Assembly (NCBI RefSeq): GCF_001194135.2
Contig: NC_069007.1
Span: forward strand, 21,080,604 to 21,144,603
Source: Octopus bimaculoides
Taxonomy: Eukaryota
Direction of reading: 5' to 3'
DNA: 64,000 bases
Shown: positions 13,135-26,283 of the stretch, in pieces
Position numbering within the stretch: position 1 is the first letter of the stretch
Layout of the letters: each line of letters opens with the position of its first letter
The notes under the pieces: generated by a model
The model's input: only the letters and a program-made list of their open reading frames with translations
Database searches by the model: none
Told to the model about the DNA's origin: nothing
Position numbers and translations under genes: made by a program

Positions 13135-13430
13135 TGAAGAGTTAGTTCCCTTGTCAGTTAATTGCTAAATTTTACCAATCAGGTGTGTTTATTGGCATCA
13201 TCTACATCAATGTTATTTGATCATTTCCACTTTACAACTGATATTTAAAAGAAAACTCAATTAATTATACATGATTGGTAATTAAATGTGTAAAGAAATA
13301 GATGCAGCATTAATTGTGTTGACCTGAAAAATACAAATCGCTGTTTGCTATAGAAATCTAGAAATTCTCTTGAAGTTGTCACTGTCCACTGTGACTCTCT
13401 CTCTCTCTCTTGTTATGTTAATATGTAAGT
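13135..13430 (+). promoter_or_regulatory. Z3 promoter/exon-1 block with GTAAGT donor
   Basis: Shared motifs CAGTTCCACTTTACAACTGATATTTAA-like and CATGATTGGTAATTAA; donor 13425-13430. Confidence 0.6.
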
Positions 13431-14217
13431 ATTATATTTGTATAAACATTTCTATTATATACGTGTATTATTAAATGCATCTGATTCGATGTGTTGAGTA
13501 AGTTAAAAGAAAGAATCTCACTAAACAAAGACGAAATTATATGAAAGCAAGGCTGTTCTTTTAATACTTTCATTGTTGTCGTTTTCTTGTTTTTGATAAC
13601 GTCAGATCAATACCTTGTCTACACAACATTTCTCTTTATTTCTGACAAGTAAATTTGACAGTTTAGTTGAATGTGAGAAAATTACGATGTAATTTGTATA
13701 AGAAAATGGGGAATGTATAAAAATATGATTGTTTACTTAAAAAACTGAAACGAAATGGAACGGCATTTATTGGAAGCAGGGAGTCTTTATTTCCGGTGGT
13801 TCTTTGCATCGTTACAACTTCCAATTGATACAGTATTTTGCTAATTTCTCAGAAATTACTTAGGCTTTCTCTCTTCATGATAAAAGTTCTTTTGATATGA
13901 ATGTTTTTTTCACTCCCTGAAGTAAACAATATCTCGCTTATTTTTTTTTCGAAAGGAAATCAAAAGATTATAATACCCTGAATATTTCAATTTTAGAAGT
14001 ATGTATATTGCTATAAAATATTAAAGATTTAAGTAAAATAAGAAGGAGGGTGGAATTACTTTCAGTTATGTCTATACCATCAAAGTTGAGAGGAGGATCG
14101 TCACTAATTTAATTCTCTATGTCAACAATTTTTCCTCGAACATCAGAAAGTCTCCGCGAAAGATTCTGATGCTGATAGTCAGACATCGACATTAAATTCT
14201 TTACTAACTTTTCTTCA

Positions 14218-14421
14218 GGTACTACTAAAGCAGCGTGGTCCCGAATGCGCAGTCCGCGCTAGCTAGTCGTGAGTGGTCGATCCTAACCCTAACCCTATCC
14301 CTAAACACGTATTCATTTGCACACACGCTCACTTTTTGTAGGATCGACCACTCACGACTAGCTAGCGCGGACGCGCAACTGCGCGACTGCGAGTTCGGGA
14401 CCACGCTGCTTTAGTAGTACC
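14218..14421. mobile_element. 204-bp MITE with long TIRs and 9-bp TSD
   Basis: 28-bp perfect terminal inverted repeat GGTACTACTAAAGCAGCGTGGTCCCGAA, second 33-bp perfect inverted segment, TSD TTTTCTTCA at 14209-14217 and 14422-14430, internal CCTAAC repeats. Confidence 0.92.
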
Positions 14422-14580
14422 TTTTCTTCATGTTTCATGCTCCACAAGGTATCGACTTTAAGCTGCCTCTGTGTATATATTTGTTGTATATTTATGAATG
14501 TACAGAAAGAGGCAGAGGAGGGGTGACATTTGTGTTACCAAACAAAGCTGTGTTGATAAGATAGAACACAGATGTGAACA

Positions 14581-14818
14581 TATTTGAGCATGGCCATTGC
14601 CAGTACCACCTGACTGGCCCTCGTGCCGGTGGCACGTAAAAGCACCCACTACACTCTCGGTGTGGTTGGCGTTAGGAAGGACATCCAGCTGTAGAAACTT
14701 TGCCAAATCAGATTGGAGCCTGGTGTAGCCATCTGGTTTCACCAGTCCTCAGTCAAATCGTCTAACCCATGCTAGCATGGAAAGAGGACTTTAAACGACG
14801 ATGACGATGATGAAGATG
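14581..14818 (+). mobile_element. (GAT)n-tailed SINE in Z3 intron
   Basis: Long family match ending TTAAACGACGATGACGATGATG. Confidence 0.8.
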
Positions 14819-15091
14819 TAGTGCCATTAACATGGATAATATTAGTGTGTCTGTGTGACAGACTTATATGTATCCATGAGTTGTTATAGATGTTTCTACT
14901 CTATTATATAAACTTCTTGGAAATACAGATATTGGATAAGTTTAATAGTTCAAATAGAGGTTGTGAATATACATTTTTGAATATCTACCTTTTAAACATG
15001 TGTTATATCTTATTTTTCTATTCTTTCAGAAAATCACATAAAATTGGCTAAAAAGTATTTTTTTACTTTTAAAGAATCACCAATATGTATC

Positions 15092-15157
15092 ATGTTTGAA
15101 AGACTCTGCAAAGATGTTCTACAAACATATAACCAGGCTTCTATAAAACATGGCTGA
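15092..15157 (+). other. Z3 upstream ORF MFERLCKDVLQTYNQASIKHG
   Basis: ATG 15092 to TGA 15157; acceptor AG 15028-15029; GT at 15164. Confidence 0.6.
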
Positions 15158-15455
15158 ATTACAGTAAAATATTTCGTCTGAGAGAAAAACAAGGAATTTT
15201 TTTACTTCTGTGTCTGAAATGAAGAAGAGATAATTTTCTCTTTTAAACATACTTTGATGAATTATCAAAAGTATTTGCAACATTTCTAAATATTGACAAT
15301 GATCACATTTAGAAAAAAGTATAACAAAAGTGATATTTGTTTGGAATAAACTATAAAAACAAAAATAACAATATGCATATATTTTGGTGAGAAAAGAAAT
15401 ATTTTTGAAAAGTTATTGAAGTGTACAACTTGAAGGATTGATTTTTCCTGAAGAG

Positions 15456-16832
15456 ATGTCAGAAGAATTAGGAAAATCATCACATGACTGTGGCATCAGC
15501 ACAAAGTCATTCTCAGAAGAAGGTAAACTCAATCTACATAAACAAATTCATAGAGGAGAAAAACAACATCATTGTTATATCTGTGGTAAATCATTCTCTT
15601 ACAAAAGAAATTTAACTAGACACAATCGTATTCATACTGGAGAGAAACCATATGAGTGTGATGTCTGTAATAAATCATTCTCTCAAAGAGATAATTTAAC
15701 TGCTCACAAACGCATTCATACAGGAGAGAAACCATATCAGTGTGATATCTGCAGTAAGTCATTCTCTCGAAATCACCAATTAACTGAACACAGACGTACT
15801 CATACAGGAGAAAAACCAAATCGTTGTGACATCTGTGGTGTAACATTTGCTGCTATGAGCACTGTAATTGCACACAAGCGTATCCATACAGGAATAAAAC
15901 TATACCAATGTGATATCTGTGGTAAATCATTCTCTGCTGTGAGTACCTTAACTACTCACAAACGCATTCATACTGGTGAGAAACCATTTCATTGTGATAT
16001 CTGTGGTAAAGCATTTTCTGAAAGACATAAGGTAACCACTCACAAACGCATTCATACAGGGGAGAAACCATTTCATTGTGATATCTGTGGTAAAGCATTC
16101 TCTCAGAAAACTGACATAACTACTCACAAACGTATTCATACAGGGGAGAAACCGTATCATTGTGACATCTGTGGTAAATCATTCTCTGTTGGCAGTAGTT
16201 TAACTCAACACAAATATATTCATACAGGTGAGAAACCACATCACTGTGATATCTGTGGTAAATCATTCTATAAAAATTCACAATTAGTCAGTCATAAACG
16301 CATTCATACAGGAGAAAAGCCATACCACTGTGATATCTGTGGTAAGTCATTCTCTCAAAATAAGAATTTAACTACCCATAAACGCACTCATACAGGTGAG
16401 AAGCCATATTACTGTGATATTTGTGGTAATTCATTCTCTCAAAGTTACCAGTTAACTCTACACAGACGTATTCACACAGGGCAAAAACCATATCACTGTG
16501 ATATCTGTGGTAAGTCATTCTCTCAAAATCAACACTTAGCTATACACAAACGCACTCATACAGGAGAGAAACCATATCACTGTGATATCTGTGGTAAATC
16601 ATTTGCTGTTAGAAGTAAGGTAACTTCTCACAAACGTGTTCATACAGGGGAGAAACCGTATCATTGTGACATCTGTGGTAAATCATTCTCTTTTGGATGT
16701 AGTTTAACCACTCACAAACGTACCCATACAGGTGAGGAAGTACATTATTGTGATATCTGTGGGAAATCGTTTTCTTATGGATGTAGTTTAACTAGACACA
16801 AACGTATTCATACTGGAGAGAAGCCATGTTAG
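15456..16832 (+). CDS. Z3: C2H2 zinc-finger protein, 458 aa, 15 fingers plus degenerate first finger
   Basis: True start is ATG 15456 (MSEELGKS), not the TTG at 15438 used by the ORF track. Confidence 0.93.
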   Translation: MSEELGKSSHDCGISTKSFSEEGKLNLHKQIHRGEKQHHCYICGKSFSYKRNLTRHNRIHTGEKPYECDVCNKSFSQRDNLTAHKRIHTGEKPYQCDICSKSFSRNHQLTEHRRTHTGEKPNRCDICGVTFAAMSTVIAHKRIHTGIKLYQCDICGKSFSAVSTLTTHKRIHTGEKPFHCDICGKAFSERHKVTTHKRIHTGEKPFHCDICGKAFSQKTDITTHKRIHTGEKPYHCDICGKSFSVGSSLTQHKYIHTGEKPHHCDICGKSFYKNSQLVSHKRIHTGEKPYHCDICGKSFSQNKNLTTHKRTHTGEKPYYCDICGNSFSQSYQLTLHRRIHTGQKPYHCDICGKSFSQNQHLAIHKRTHTGEKPYHCDICGKSFAVRSKVTSHKRVHTGEKPYHCDICGKSFSFGCSLTTHKRTHTGEEVHYCDICGKSFSYGCSLTRHKRIHTGEKPC

Positions 16833-16979
16833 TTAATCATTCTCTGTTCAGATTAGCTTCACTGAAAACGAATTTATTTATACAAGAGAGAGACTATACA
16901 ACTGCGATATCATATTCATATCTGTTGCATCTAACTTTTCCTGAAGAGAGGAATTTTGCATCCCATACATATGTGTAGA

Positions 16980-17022
<43 letters not shown>

Positions 17023-17699
17023 TGAGGCAGTCAAAGCAATTGTGGTCTTTCTAAGGTGAGGATCTATAATAAAAATGTAATTTTTCTATACAAACCTTTT
17101 GTTGTCAAATACTCTGAATTTCTTGAATTTCTGCCAATTATAATTACATTTACTGATGTCTAATTGTTGAATAAACAGAAGAACATTCTTTTTTTCAATT
17201 TATATTAAAGGCAGAAATTTCCTGTACATTTATGTCTTGCAGAGTTTGTACAACTGAAAGTGCTAATAGAGAATTATCCAAAATTCTGACTAGTTCGTTC
17301 TTAATATATATGATGCACCATCAATTGATACAAATTGTCAAAAGTCAGTGAAAAATCTGGAAAATCTTTTCACTCAGTCTGCTAAATATATTCATTAAGT
17401 ATTGACTTTTAGTAAAATGAGTTCTAATAAATATAGTAGAGATCTATTTATTTTTTTATTTTGGTCATATCAATTTGTTGCTACGGTGAGTCTCACCTGT
17501 AGGACCACAGTATCTTCTGGTGTGTCATGACTCATAGCTTGCCTGAGGAGCCTGTGCACTGGCAGATGAAACTCAGAGTAACAAGAGGCTGACTCAACCC
17601 AAATAATACATACCTATATATAGAGAGAGTGAGAGAGAGATTTAGATTCAAAATTGAATATGGTACTTATGTTTAGGCACCAGAATATAGTATGGTATC

Positions 17700-17721
17700 A
17701 TATATATATATATATAAATAC

Positions 17722-17765
<44 letters not shown>

Positions 17766-18085
17766 NNNNNNNNNNNNNNNNNNNNNNNNNNNNNNNNNNN
17801 NNNNNNNNNNNNNNNNNNNNNNNNNNNNNNNNNNNNNNNNNNNNNNNNNNNNNNNNNNNNNNNNNNNNNNNNNNNNNNNNNNNNNNNNNNNNNNNNNNNN
17901 NNNNNNNNNNNNNNNNNNNNNNNNNNNNNNNNNNNNNNNNNNNNNNNNNNNNNNNNNNNNNNNNNNNNNNNNNNNNNNNNNNNNNNNNNNNNNNNNNNNN
18001 NNNNNNNNNNNNNNNNNNNNNNNNTATAAATACGTATATATATATATATATATATATAAATACGTATATATATATATATAAATAC

Positions 18086-18120
<35 letters not shown>

Positions 18121-18135
18121 CGTATTTATATATGT
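17700..18135. repeat. (TA)n microsatellite with AAATACG interruptions, spanning a gap
   Basis: Direct inspection. Confidence 0.9.
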
Positions 18136-18221
18136 AAGAGATCCTGGAATTCAACGTGGAAAATTATAAGAATACCTCATATATTCAAATTTTTACTACA
18201 CTTGCAAATTTCCACCACGTG

Positions 18222-18530
18222 CAGCCGCAATTATTTAAAGAATAGAGTTACTTCCCCTCGTTCACTTAACGTTTCCTAATTTTGTTTATCTCGCATCTTA
18301 ATTGCTTGATCAGTTCCACTTGACAACTGATATTTAAGAGAAAATCCAATCAAATATATACATGATTGGTAATTAACTGTCTGAAGAATCAGATACAGCA
18401 TTTTTCATTTTGTTGACTTGAAAAATATGAGTTAACGTTTGTTGTAAAGAGGAAGAAATTCTCTTGAAGCTGACTTGAGTTCTCACTACTTCAGCATATT
18501 CTCCCATTTTCCTCGTTGTGATGGTGAATA
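18222..18530 (+). promoter_or_regulatory. Extra copy of the promoter/exon-1 block without a donor
   Basis: CCGCAATTATTTAAAGAATAGAGTTA through GTTCTCACTACTT homology; ends before the GTAAGT position, next to a SINE array. Confidence 0.55.
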
Positions 18531-18547
18531 CATAGTGAAAAGTAATG

Positions 18548-19651
18548 TTTTTTTTTTTTTTTACTTCGACGGAATTTGAACTCAGAACGTAGCGGCAGAC
18601 GAAATACCGCTAAGCATTTCGCCCGGCGTGCTAACCACTCTGGNNNNNNNNNNNNNNNNNNNNNNNNNNNNNNNNNNNNNNNNNNNNNNNNNNNNNNNNN
18701 NNNNNNNNNNNNNNNNNNNNNNNNNNNNNNNNNNNNNNNNNNNNNNNNNNNNNNNNNNNNNNNNNNNNNNNNNNNNNNNNNNNNNNNNNNNNNNNNNNNN
18801 NNNNNNNNNNNNNNNNNNNNNNNNNNNNNNNNNNNNNNNNNNNNNNNNNNNNNNNNNNNNNNNNNNNNNNNNNNNNNNNNNNNNNNNNNNNNNNNNNNNN
18901 NNNNNNNNNNNNNNNNNNNNNNNNNNNNNNNNNNNNNNNNNNNNNNNNNNNNNNNNNNNNNNNNNNNNNNNNNNNNNNNNNNNNNNNNNNNNNNNNNNNN
19001 NNNNNNNNNNNNNNNNNNNNNNNNNNNNNNNNNNNNNNNNNNNNNNNNNNNNNNNNNNNNNNNNNNNNNNNNNNNNNNNNNNNNNNNNNNNNNNNNNNNN
19101 NNNNNNNNNNNNNNNNNNNNNNNNNNNNNNNNNNNNNNNNNNNNNNNNNNNNNNNNNNNNNNNNNNNNNNNNNNNNNNNNNNNNNNNNNNNNNNNNNNNN
19201 NNNNNNNNNNNNNNNNNNNNNNNNNNNNNNNNNNNNNNNNNNNNNNNNNNNNNNNNNNNNNNNNNNNNNNNNNNNNNNNNNNNNNNNNNNNNNNNNNNNN
19301 NNNNNNNNNNNNNNNNNNNNNNNNNNNNNNNNNNNNNNNNNNNNNNNNNNNNNNNNNNNNNNNNNNNNNNNNNNNNNGTAACGGCAGACGAAATGCTGCG
19401 AAGCATATCGCCCAGCGTGCTAACGATTCTTATTTCTTTATTGCCCACAAGGGGCTAAACATAGAGGGGACAGACAAAGGGATTAAGTCGATTATATCGA
19501 CTCCAGTGCGTAACTGGTACTTATTTAATCGACCCCGAAAGGATGAAAGGCAAAGTCGACCTCGGCGGAATTTGAACTCAGAACGTAGCGGCAGACGAAA
19601 TACCGCTAAGCATTTCGCCCGGCGTGCTAACCACTCTGGCAGCTCGCCGCC
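18548..19651 (-). mobile_element. Tandem tRNA-derived SINE copies spanning a gap
   Basis: Head GGCGGCGAGCTGCCAGAGTGGTTAGC (A-box-like) and GAGTTCAAATTCC (B-box). Full copy 19651-19427 runs straight into a second copy; a third head ends in poly(A) at 18563-18548. Confidence 0.85.
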
Positions 19652-19957
19652 TTTACAAATTGAAATGTGTATTGGCTCTGACCCATCGCCTTCGCTTACA
19701 AGTTACCAATGAGGCGCTTTTCAGGGTAAGCCATGTTATACATTAAATTGTGGCCCCTATCTTTTACATATAAGGTAATTTTTTTAGTATACACATCTCG
19801 TTTTCTAGATAAGAAATTGTCTCCATGTAAATCTTAAAATGTAATTTTTTCTGTTTATGAGAAAACTAGAAAAATAGGGTTGATGATAATAACAATAAAA
19901 GTGAGGAAGTAGAATATTCAAGAAATCTCTTTCAAAAACTATTAAATTTATAAAAAT

Positions 19958-20299
19958 ACAGCCGCAATTAATTAAAGAATAGAGTTAGTTCCCCTTGTTG
20001 ATTGTAAAATCTCTTCCTCATTTCTTGTTCTTGTTACGCACCTGCACTGCTTGATCAGTTCCACTTTACAACTGATATTTAAGAGAAAACCCTATTAAAT
20101 ATATACATGATTGGTAATTAACTGCCTGAAGAAAAAGATACGGCATGTTTCATGTTGACCTGAAAAATATAAATCAATGTTTGTTGTAAAAATCTAGAAG
20201 TTCTATTTGAAGCTGTCATTGTCCAGTCTGACTTACATTCTCAATACTGCAACATATTCCTCGTTGACTCTTTCTCTCCATATCTATTACTATGTAAGT
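19958..20299 (+). promoter_or_regulatory. Z4 promoter/exon-1 block with GTAAGT donor
   Basis: Family homology; donor 20294-20299. Confidence 0.6.
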
Positions 20300-21069
20300 A
20301 TTTATTTAAACATTTCCTTTATATATGTGTCGTATTATTTACATTTATTTGTTTCGATTTGTTGGGTAATTTAATAGAAAGAATCTCACTAAACAAAGAC
20401 GAGATTACATGAAAGTAAGGCTGTTCTTTTAATACTTTCATTGCGTTGTCGTTTTCTTTTAGACATTTCATTGCACTTTTGGTTATTTCCTATATTTGTT
20501 AACTTCGGATCTATATCTTGCTTAGATAATATTTCTCTTTCTTTCTGACGTGTAAATTTGACAATTTCGTTAAATGCGAGAAAATTACGATGTAATTCAT
20601 AAGAAATGGGGAATGTATAAAAATACGAGTGTGCACCTGAAATACTGAAACGAAAGCGAATATCCGTATAGAGAGGAAATGGAACGGCTTTTATGTGAAA
20701 CAAGAAGTCTATATTTCTGGTTGTTCTTCTGCAACATTAAAAGTTAGAATTAATATCGTTTTTTTCTTTGTGGAGTGCTGCTTTAAGCACCTAATATCGT
20801 CACATTTTTTTATTTTGGGGAACTTTCAGAAATTTTTGCGTACGAGAATTCATTCGGTCATGCAAAAAAAAAACAAACTACGAGCTATTTAGCTGTTATT
20901 TTTCGCACATCCCACGACCACCTGATACCGTCCTAGTTTCTCGGTCACTGAGGGTTTTCGAGATCTTTTTCCACATAAATACATTCGTCGTAAATTTGCA
21001 CTTTTGAATATCTACCTTTTAAACATATTTTATGCCTTATATTATTTTTCTATTCTTTCAGATAATCAC

Positions 21070-21189
21070 ATGAAATTGGCTAAAAAGTATTTTTTTACTT
21101 TTAAAGAATCTTCAATATGTATCATACTTGAAAGACTCTGCAAAGATATTCTACAAACGTATAACCCTGCTTCTATAAAACGTTGCTGA
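21070..21189 (+). other. Z4 upstream ORF, 39-aa form MKLAKKYFFTFKESSICIILERLCKDILQTYNPASIKRC
   Basis: The usual internal ATG is ATA here, but an in-frame upstream ATG (21070) reads to the same TGA; acceptor AG 21060-21061. Confidence 0.55.
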
Positions 21190-21481
21190 ATTACTGTGAA
21201 ATATTTCCTCTGAGAGAGAAAGCATTTCTTTCCTTTAGTGTCTGAAATGTGCAAGAGACAATTTTCTGTTTTAAGTATACTTTGATGAATTTACAAAAGT
21301 ATTTGCAACATTTCTAAATATTGATTAAGATCACATTTAGAAGAAAAGTGATATCTGTTTGGAATAAACTATAAAAGTAAAGAGAAGAAAAATATTGATA
21401 TATTTTGGTGAGAGGAGAGACATTTTTGAAAAGTTATTCACGTGTAAAATTTGAAGGATTGGCTTTATTTTTCTTAAAGAG

Positions 21482-22771
21482 ATGTTGGAAGAATTAGGAA
21501 AATCATCACATGACTGTGACATCTGCAAAGAGTCATTCCTAGAAAAACGTAAATCCAATAAAAACCAAGAGATTCATACAAGTGAAGAACCATATCCCTG
21601 TGATATCTGTGGTAAATCATTGTCTGACAGGACAAGTTTAAATCAACACAAACGTATTCATACAGGGGAGAAACCCTATCACTGTGATATCTGTGGTAAA
21701 TCATTCTCTCAGAACAGTACCTTAACTCAGCACAAACGCATTCATACAGGTGAGAAACCATATTCCTGTGATATCTGTGGTAAATCATTCTCTGTTGGCA
21801 GTACTTTAACTAAACACCAACGTATTCATACAGGAGAGAAACCATATGATTGTGATATCTGTGGTAAATTATTCTATGAAAGAAGTAACTTAACTACTCA
21901 TAAACGGATTCATACAGGGGAGAAACCGTATCCTTGTGATATCTGTGGTACATCATTCTCTCATCACAGTCATTTAATTCGACATACACGTATTCATACA
22001 GGTGAGAAACCATATCAGTGTCATATCTGTGGTAGATCATTCTCTGTTGGCAATAACTTAACTAAACACAAACGTATTCATACAGGTGAGAAACCATATT
22101 ACTGTGATATCTGTGGTAAATCATTCTCTTCTGGAAGTGACTTAATTGAACACAAACGTATTCATACAGGTGAGAAACCATATCACTGCGATATCTGTGG
22201 TAAATCATTCTCTTCTGGAAGTACCTTAACTAAACACAAACATATTCATACAGGTGACAAACCATATCACTGTGATATCTGTGGTAAATCATTCTCTCTT
22301 GGCACTAACTTAAATAAACACAGACGTATTCATACAGGGGAGAAACCATATCGCTGCGATATCTGTGGTAAATCATTTTCTGATGACAGTAGCTTAACTA
22401 AACATAAACGTATTCATACAGGAGAAAAACCATATCGCTGTGATATCTGTGGTAAATCATTCTCTGATGGCAGTAGCTTAACTAAACACAAACGTATTCA
22501 TACAGGGGAGAAACCATATCACTGTGATATCTGTGGTAGATCATTCTCTGAAAGCAGTAGCTTAACTACTCACAAACGTATTCATACAGGGGAGAAACCA
22601 TATCGCTGTGATATCTGTGGTGCATCATTCTCTCAAAACAGTAGCTTAACTACCCATAAACGTATTCATTCAGGAGAGAAACCATATCACTGTGATATCT
22701 GTAATAAATCATTCTCTGAAAGTCGGCATTTAACTAGACATAAGCATATTCATTCTGTAAAAAAATCCTAA
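21482..22771 (+). CDS. Z4: C2H2 zinc-finger protein, 429 aa, 14 fingers plus degenerate first finger
   Basis: Uninterrupted ORF with leader MLEELGKS. Confidence 0.93.
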   Translation: MLEELGKSSHDCDICKESFLEKRKSNKNQEIHTSEEPYPCDICGKSLSDRTSLNQHKRIHTGEKPYHCDICGKSFSQNSTLTQHKRIHTGEKPYSCDICGKSFSVGSTLTKHQRIHTGEKPYDCDICGKLFYERSNLTTHKRIHTGEKPYPCDICGTSFSHHSHLIRHTRIHTGEKPYQCHICGRSFSVGNNLTKHKRIHTGEKPYYCDICGKSFSSGSDLIEHKRIHTGEKPYHCDICGKSFSSGSTLTKHKHIHTGDKPYHCDICGKSFSLGTNLNKHRRIHTGEKPYRCDICGKSFSDDSSLTKHKRIHTGEKPYRCDICGKSFSDGSSLTKHKRIHTGEKPYHCDICGRSFSESSSLTTHKRIHTGEKPYRCDICGASFSQNSSLTTHKRIHSGEKPYHCDICNKSFSESRHLTRHKHIHSVKKS

Positions 22772-23654
22772 TCACTGTGATTTGTGGTAAATCATTCTCA
22801 CAAAATCCTTGCTTACTTAAACACAAATGCATTCCTTATGAAGTGGATCCATAACACTGATATTTGTTTATAACATCTCAAAAGGACAAGCTCGTATCTC
22901 ATAAACACATCCACAGAAGATAGAAACTATATGAATGTAATATCTATAGTAAATCTTTCATTTGAAATGATCCATTAATTAATCAAAAGAGCATTGACAG
23001 AGGAGGGAAATCATATCACTGTGATATTAATGTGAAAGATGTAATATTTCCCTCTTCTGTCAATGTTCTTGATATTTGTGTTGAACCAATCTATGAAAAT
23101 GAAATTTTAATATTTTCTCTACATCTAAAAGTTTGTAATTCCTATTAGGAAATGAAACACATGTAATGCTGAATAAATAATATCAAACTTTTTTTCCAGT
23201 TTCCTTATTTGTTATGTAATTACTCTGTAAAAAATATTATCCAAACCTCACACAAAACTAATATACATCTATATGTAATAAACAGTTTGTTTGTTCAGCT
23301 GTTATGCTTTTGTTAGTTAGAGAAGTGGAGTAATAGAGGAAAGGAGGGAAGAATGAAGAAAAGTGAGTGAGAAGTAGAGAAAGGTGATCTTATAATAATT
23401 CTGCTTGTCATTACGTTACTTAGCCTGTCTGTAACAATTTCATTTGATTAGAGGAAAAGAGAGAGAGAGAGAAGAGCATAAGGCGAAGATTGAGGCAGAA
23501 AGAGAAGTGTGCATGACATGTATTAGGAGGAATGTAATGTTTATTACATGGTTTAAAAAGTTAATTAAAACTAGTGGTATAGAAGAGAGTTAGGAACATG
23601 ATTATAGCAGATGGGTGATTTATTTGGGTTCCACAAGTAATTAATGATAAGCTA

Positions 23655-23778
23655 AGGTGGCGAACTGGCAGGATCGTTAGCACATCAGGCAAAATTCTTG
23701 GCTGTGGTTCTCCTGACATGACATTTGCATTTAAATTTCACCAAGGTAGACTTTGTCTTTCATCCAATGGGAGGTGGG
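23655..23778 (+). mobile_element. Diverged tRNA-derived SINE 5' end
   Basis: GGTGGCGAACTGGCAGGATCGTTAGCAC similar to the 19651 head; runs into a gap. Confidence 0.65.
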
Positions 23779-24834
23779 NNNNNNNNNNNNNNNNNNNNNN
23801 NNNNNNNNNNNNNNNNNNNNNNNNNNNNNNNNNNNNNNNNNNNNNNNNNNNNNNNNNNNNNNNNNNNNNNNNNNNNNNNNNNNNNNNNNNNNNNNNNNNN
23901 NNNNNNNNNNNNNNNNNNNNNNNNNNNNNNNNNNNNNNNNNNNNNNNNNNNNNNNNNNNNNNNNNNNNNNNNNNNNNNNNNNNNNNNNNNNNNNNNNNNN
24001 NNNNNNNNNNNNNNNNNNNNNNNNNNNNNNNNNNNNNNNNNNNNNNNNNNNNNNNNNNNNNNNNNNNNNNNNNNNNNNNNNNNNNNNNNNNNNNNNNNNN
24101 NNNNNNNNNNNNNNNNNNNNNNNNNNNNNNNNNNNNNNNNNNNNNNNNNNNNNNNNNNNNNNNNNNNNNNNNNNNNNNNNNNNNNNNNNNNNNNNNNNNN
24201 NNNNNNNNNNNNNNNNNNNNNNNNNNNNNNNNNNNNNNNNNNNNNNNNNNNNNNNNNNNNNNNNNNNNNNNNNNNNNNNNNNNNNNNNNNNNNNNNNNNN
24301 NNNNNNNNNNNNNNNNNNNNNNNNNNNNNNNNNNNNNNNNNNNNNNNNNNNNNNNNNNNNNNNNNNNNNNNNNNNNNNNNNNNNNNNNNNNNNNNNNNNN
24401 NNNNNNNNNNNNNNNNNNNNNNNNNNNNNNNNNNNNNNNNNNNNNNNNNNNNNNNNNNNNNNNNNNNNNNNNNNNNNNNNNNNNNNNNNNNNNNNNNNNN
24501 NNNNNNNNNNNNNNNNNNNNNNNNNNNNNNNNNNNNNNNNNNNNNNNNNNNNNNNNNNNNNNNNNNNNNNNNNNNNNNNNNNNNNNNNNNNNNNNNNNNN
24601 NNNNNNNNNNNNNNNNNNNNNNNNNNNNNNNNNNNNNAATGCAACATTGTTTTTGTTATATATATATATATGTGTGTATATATATATATACCACACACAC
24701 AATAACAAGCAACCATTAGCGAACCTCTTCCACACGTCAAACAGAACAAGCACGCAATTGACAAGACAACACGTGCTCACGGAAACTAACGGAGAGTTGT
24801 TTTTATTTGTCGACTCAAAACGAATGATCACCCT

Positions 24835-24999
24835 TTTTTTTTTAATGTTGACCTGAAAAATATGAATTGACAATTGTTGTAAAGAGGAAGAAAACCTCTT
24901 GAAGCTGTCATTGTCCACTCTGGCTTTCGTTCTCACTACTTCAACATATTCTCACATCTTCGTTCACTCTCTCTCTTCGCATATGCATTACTATGTAAG

Positions 25000-25000
<1 letters not shown>
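24835..25000 (+). promoter_or_regulatory. Z5 exon-1 block (partial) with GTAAGT donor
   Basis: Family homology; donor 24995-25000. Confidence 0.55.
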
Positions 25001-25038
<38 letters not shown>

Positions 25039-26088
25039 CATTTCTATTGTATATGTGTTATATTATGTACATCTGTTTGTTTCAATGTGTTGAATAAGTT
25101 AAAAGAAAGAATCTCCCCAAACAAACACGAAATTATATGAAAGCAAGGCTGTTATTTTAATACTTTCATTATGTTGTTTTCTTTTAGATATTTCATCGCA
25201 CGTGTGATTATTTTCTATATTTGTTAACGTCAGATCATTATCTTGTTTAGATAACATTTTTTTCTATGTTTCTGACATGTAAATTTGACGAATTAAATGC
25301 GAGAACATTCCGATGTAATTTGTAACGGAAAAATGGGGAATGTGTAAAAGTACGAGTGTGCACTTGAAATACTGAAACGAAAGGGCACCATCGTCTACAG
25401 AAGAAATGAAACGGCTTTGTATTGAAACACTACAAAGTACCTAATTTGACCAACAATAAAAAATCCGTTTATATAATCTTTTAATTAAAAACTAGTCGTC
25501 AAAACATAAGAAAATAGCGGAGTTATGATGTAAGCACATGCACCCCGCCCAACTTTTTTTTTCTAATTTTTACAAATTTTTTCGATTCTGTCTTCTGCGT
25601 AATGGAATTAATACGATTATGGGCGATCTTGCCCGATTGTGCAAAAGAAAGAACAAAAGAAATATTTTAAATCAACTCCCCCGTCCTAATTCCAAAACTT
25701 TCCACTGTTTTTCTATTTTTTTAAATTTTATTTTATAATCCGTGTTACGATAGGAGACTCGGCTGAAATCATCAGATATCTAGTGTCATTGACATGTAGA
25801 TTCGTGTGTGTATCTATAACAGACTTAATGTCCTGGAGGTGTTATTATAATGGGTGTGTCTACTCTATGATATAAACTTCTTGAAAATAGAGAGATTGGA
25901 TAAATTTAATAGTTCAGATAAAGGATTACTTCTACAATTTATGAAAACAGAAATGTAAATTTGAACTTCTGAATATCTATCTTTTAAACATATTTTATGC
26001 CTTATATTATTTTTTATATTCTTTCAGATAATTACATGAAATCGGCCAAAAAGAATGTTTTACTTTTAAAGAATCACCAATATGTATC

Positions 26089-26154
26089 ATGTTTGAAAGA
26101 CCCTGGAGAGATATTCTACAAACGTATAACCCTGCTTCTATAAAACGTTGCTGA
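26089..26154 (+). other. Z5 upstream ORF MFERPWRDILQTYNPASIKRC
   Basis: ATG 26089 to TGA 26154; acceptor AG 26026-26027. Confidence 0.6.
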
Positions 26155-26283
26155 ATTACTGTGGAATATTTCATCTGAGAGAAGAACCATTTCTTTACCT
26201 CTGTGTCTTAGATAATTTTCTCGTCTAAATATACTATATTGACGTGTAAAACTTGAAGGATTGATTTTATTTTTCTTGGAGAG

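Noticed and set aside
14281-14304. Telomere or interstitial telomeric array
   Set aside because: Only about four imperfect units, enclosed within a MITE with TSDs.
15092-15157. uORF peptide as a KRAB-like domain spliced onto the fingers
   Set aside because: The frame ends in TGA before the only conserved downstream GT in every copy, and no KRAB motif is recognisable.
19560-19651. tRNA gene
   Set aside because: A- and B-box-like motifs continue into a SINE body and tail, and I could not fold a cloverleaf.
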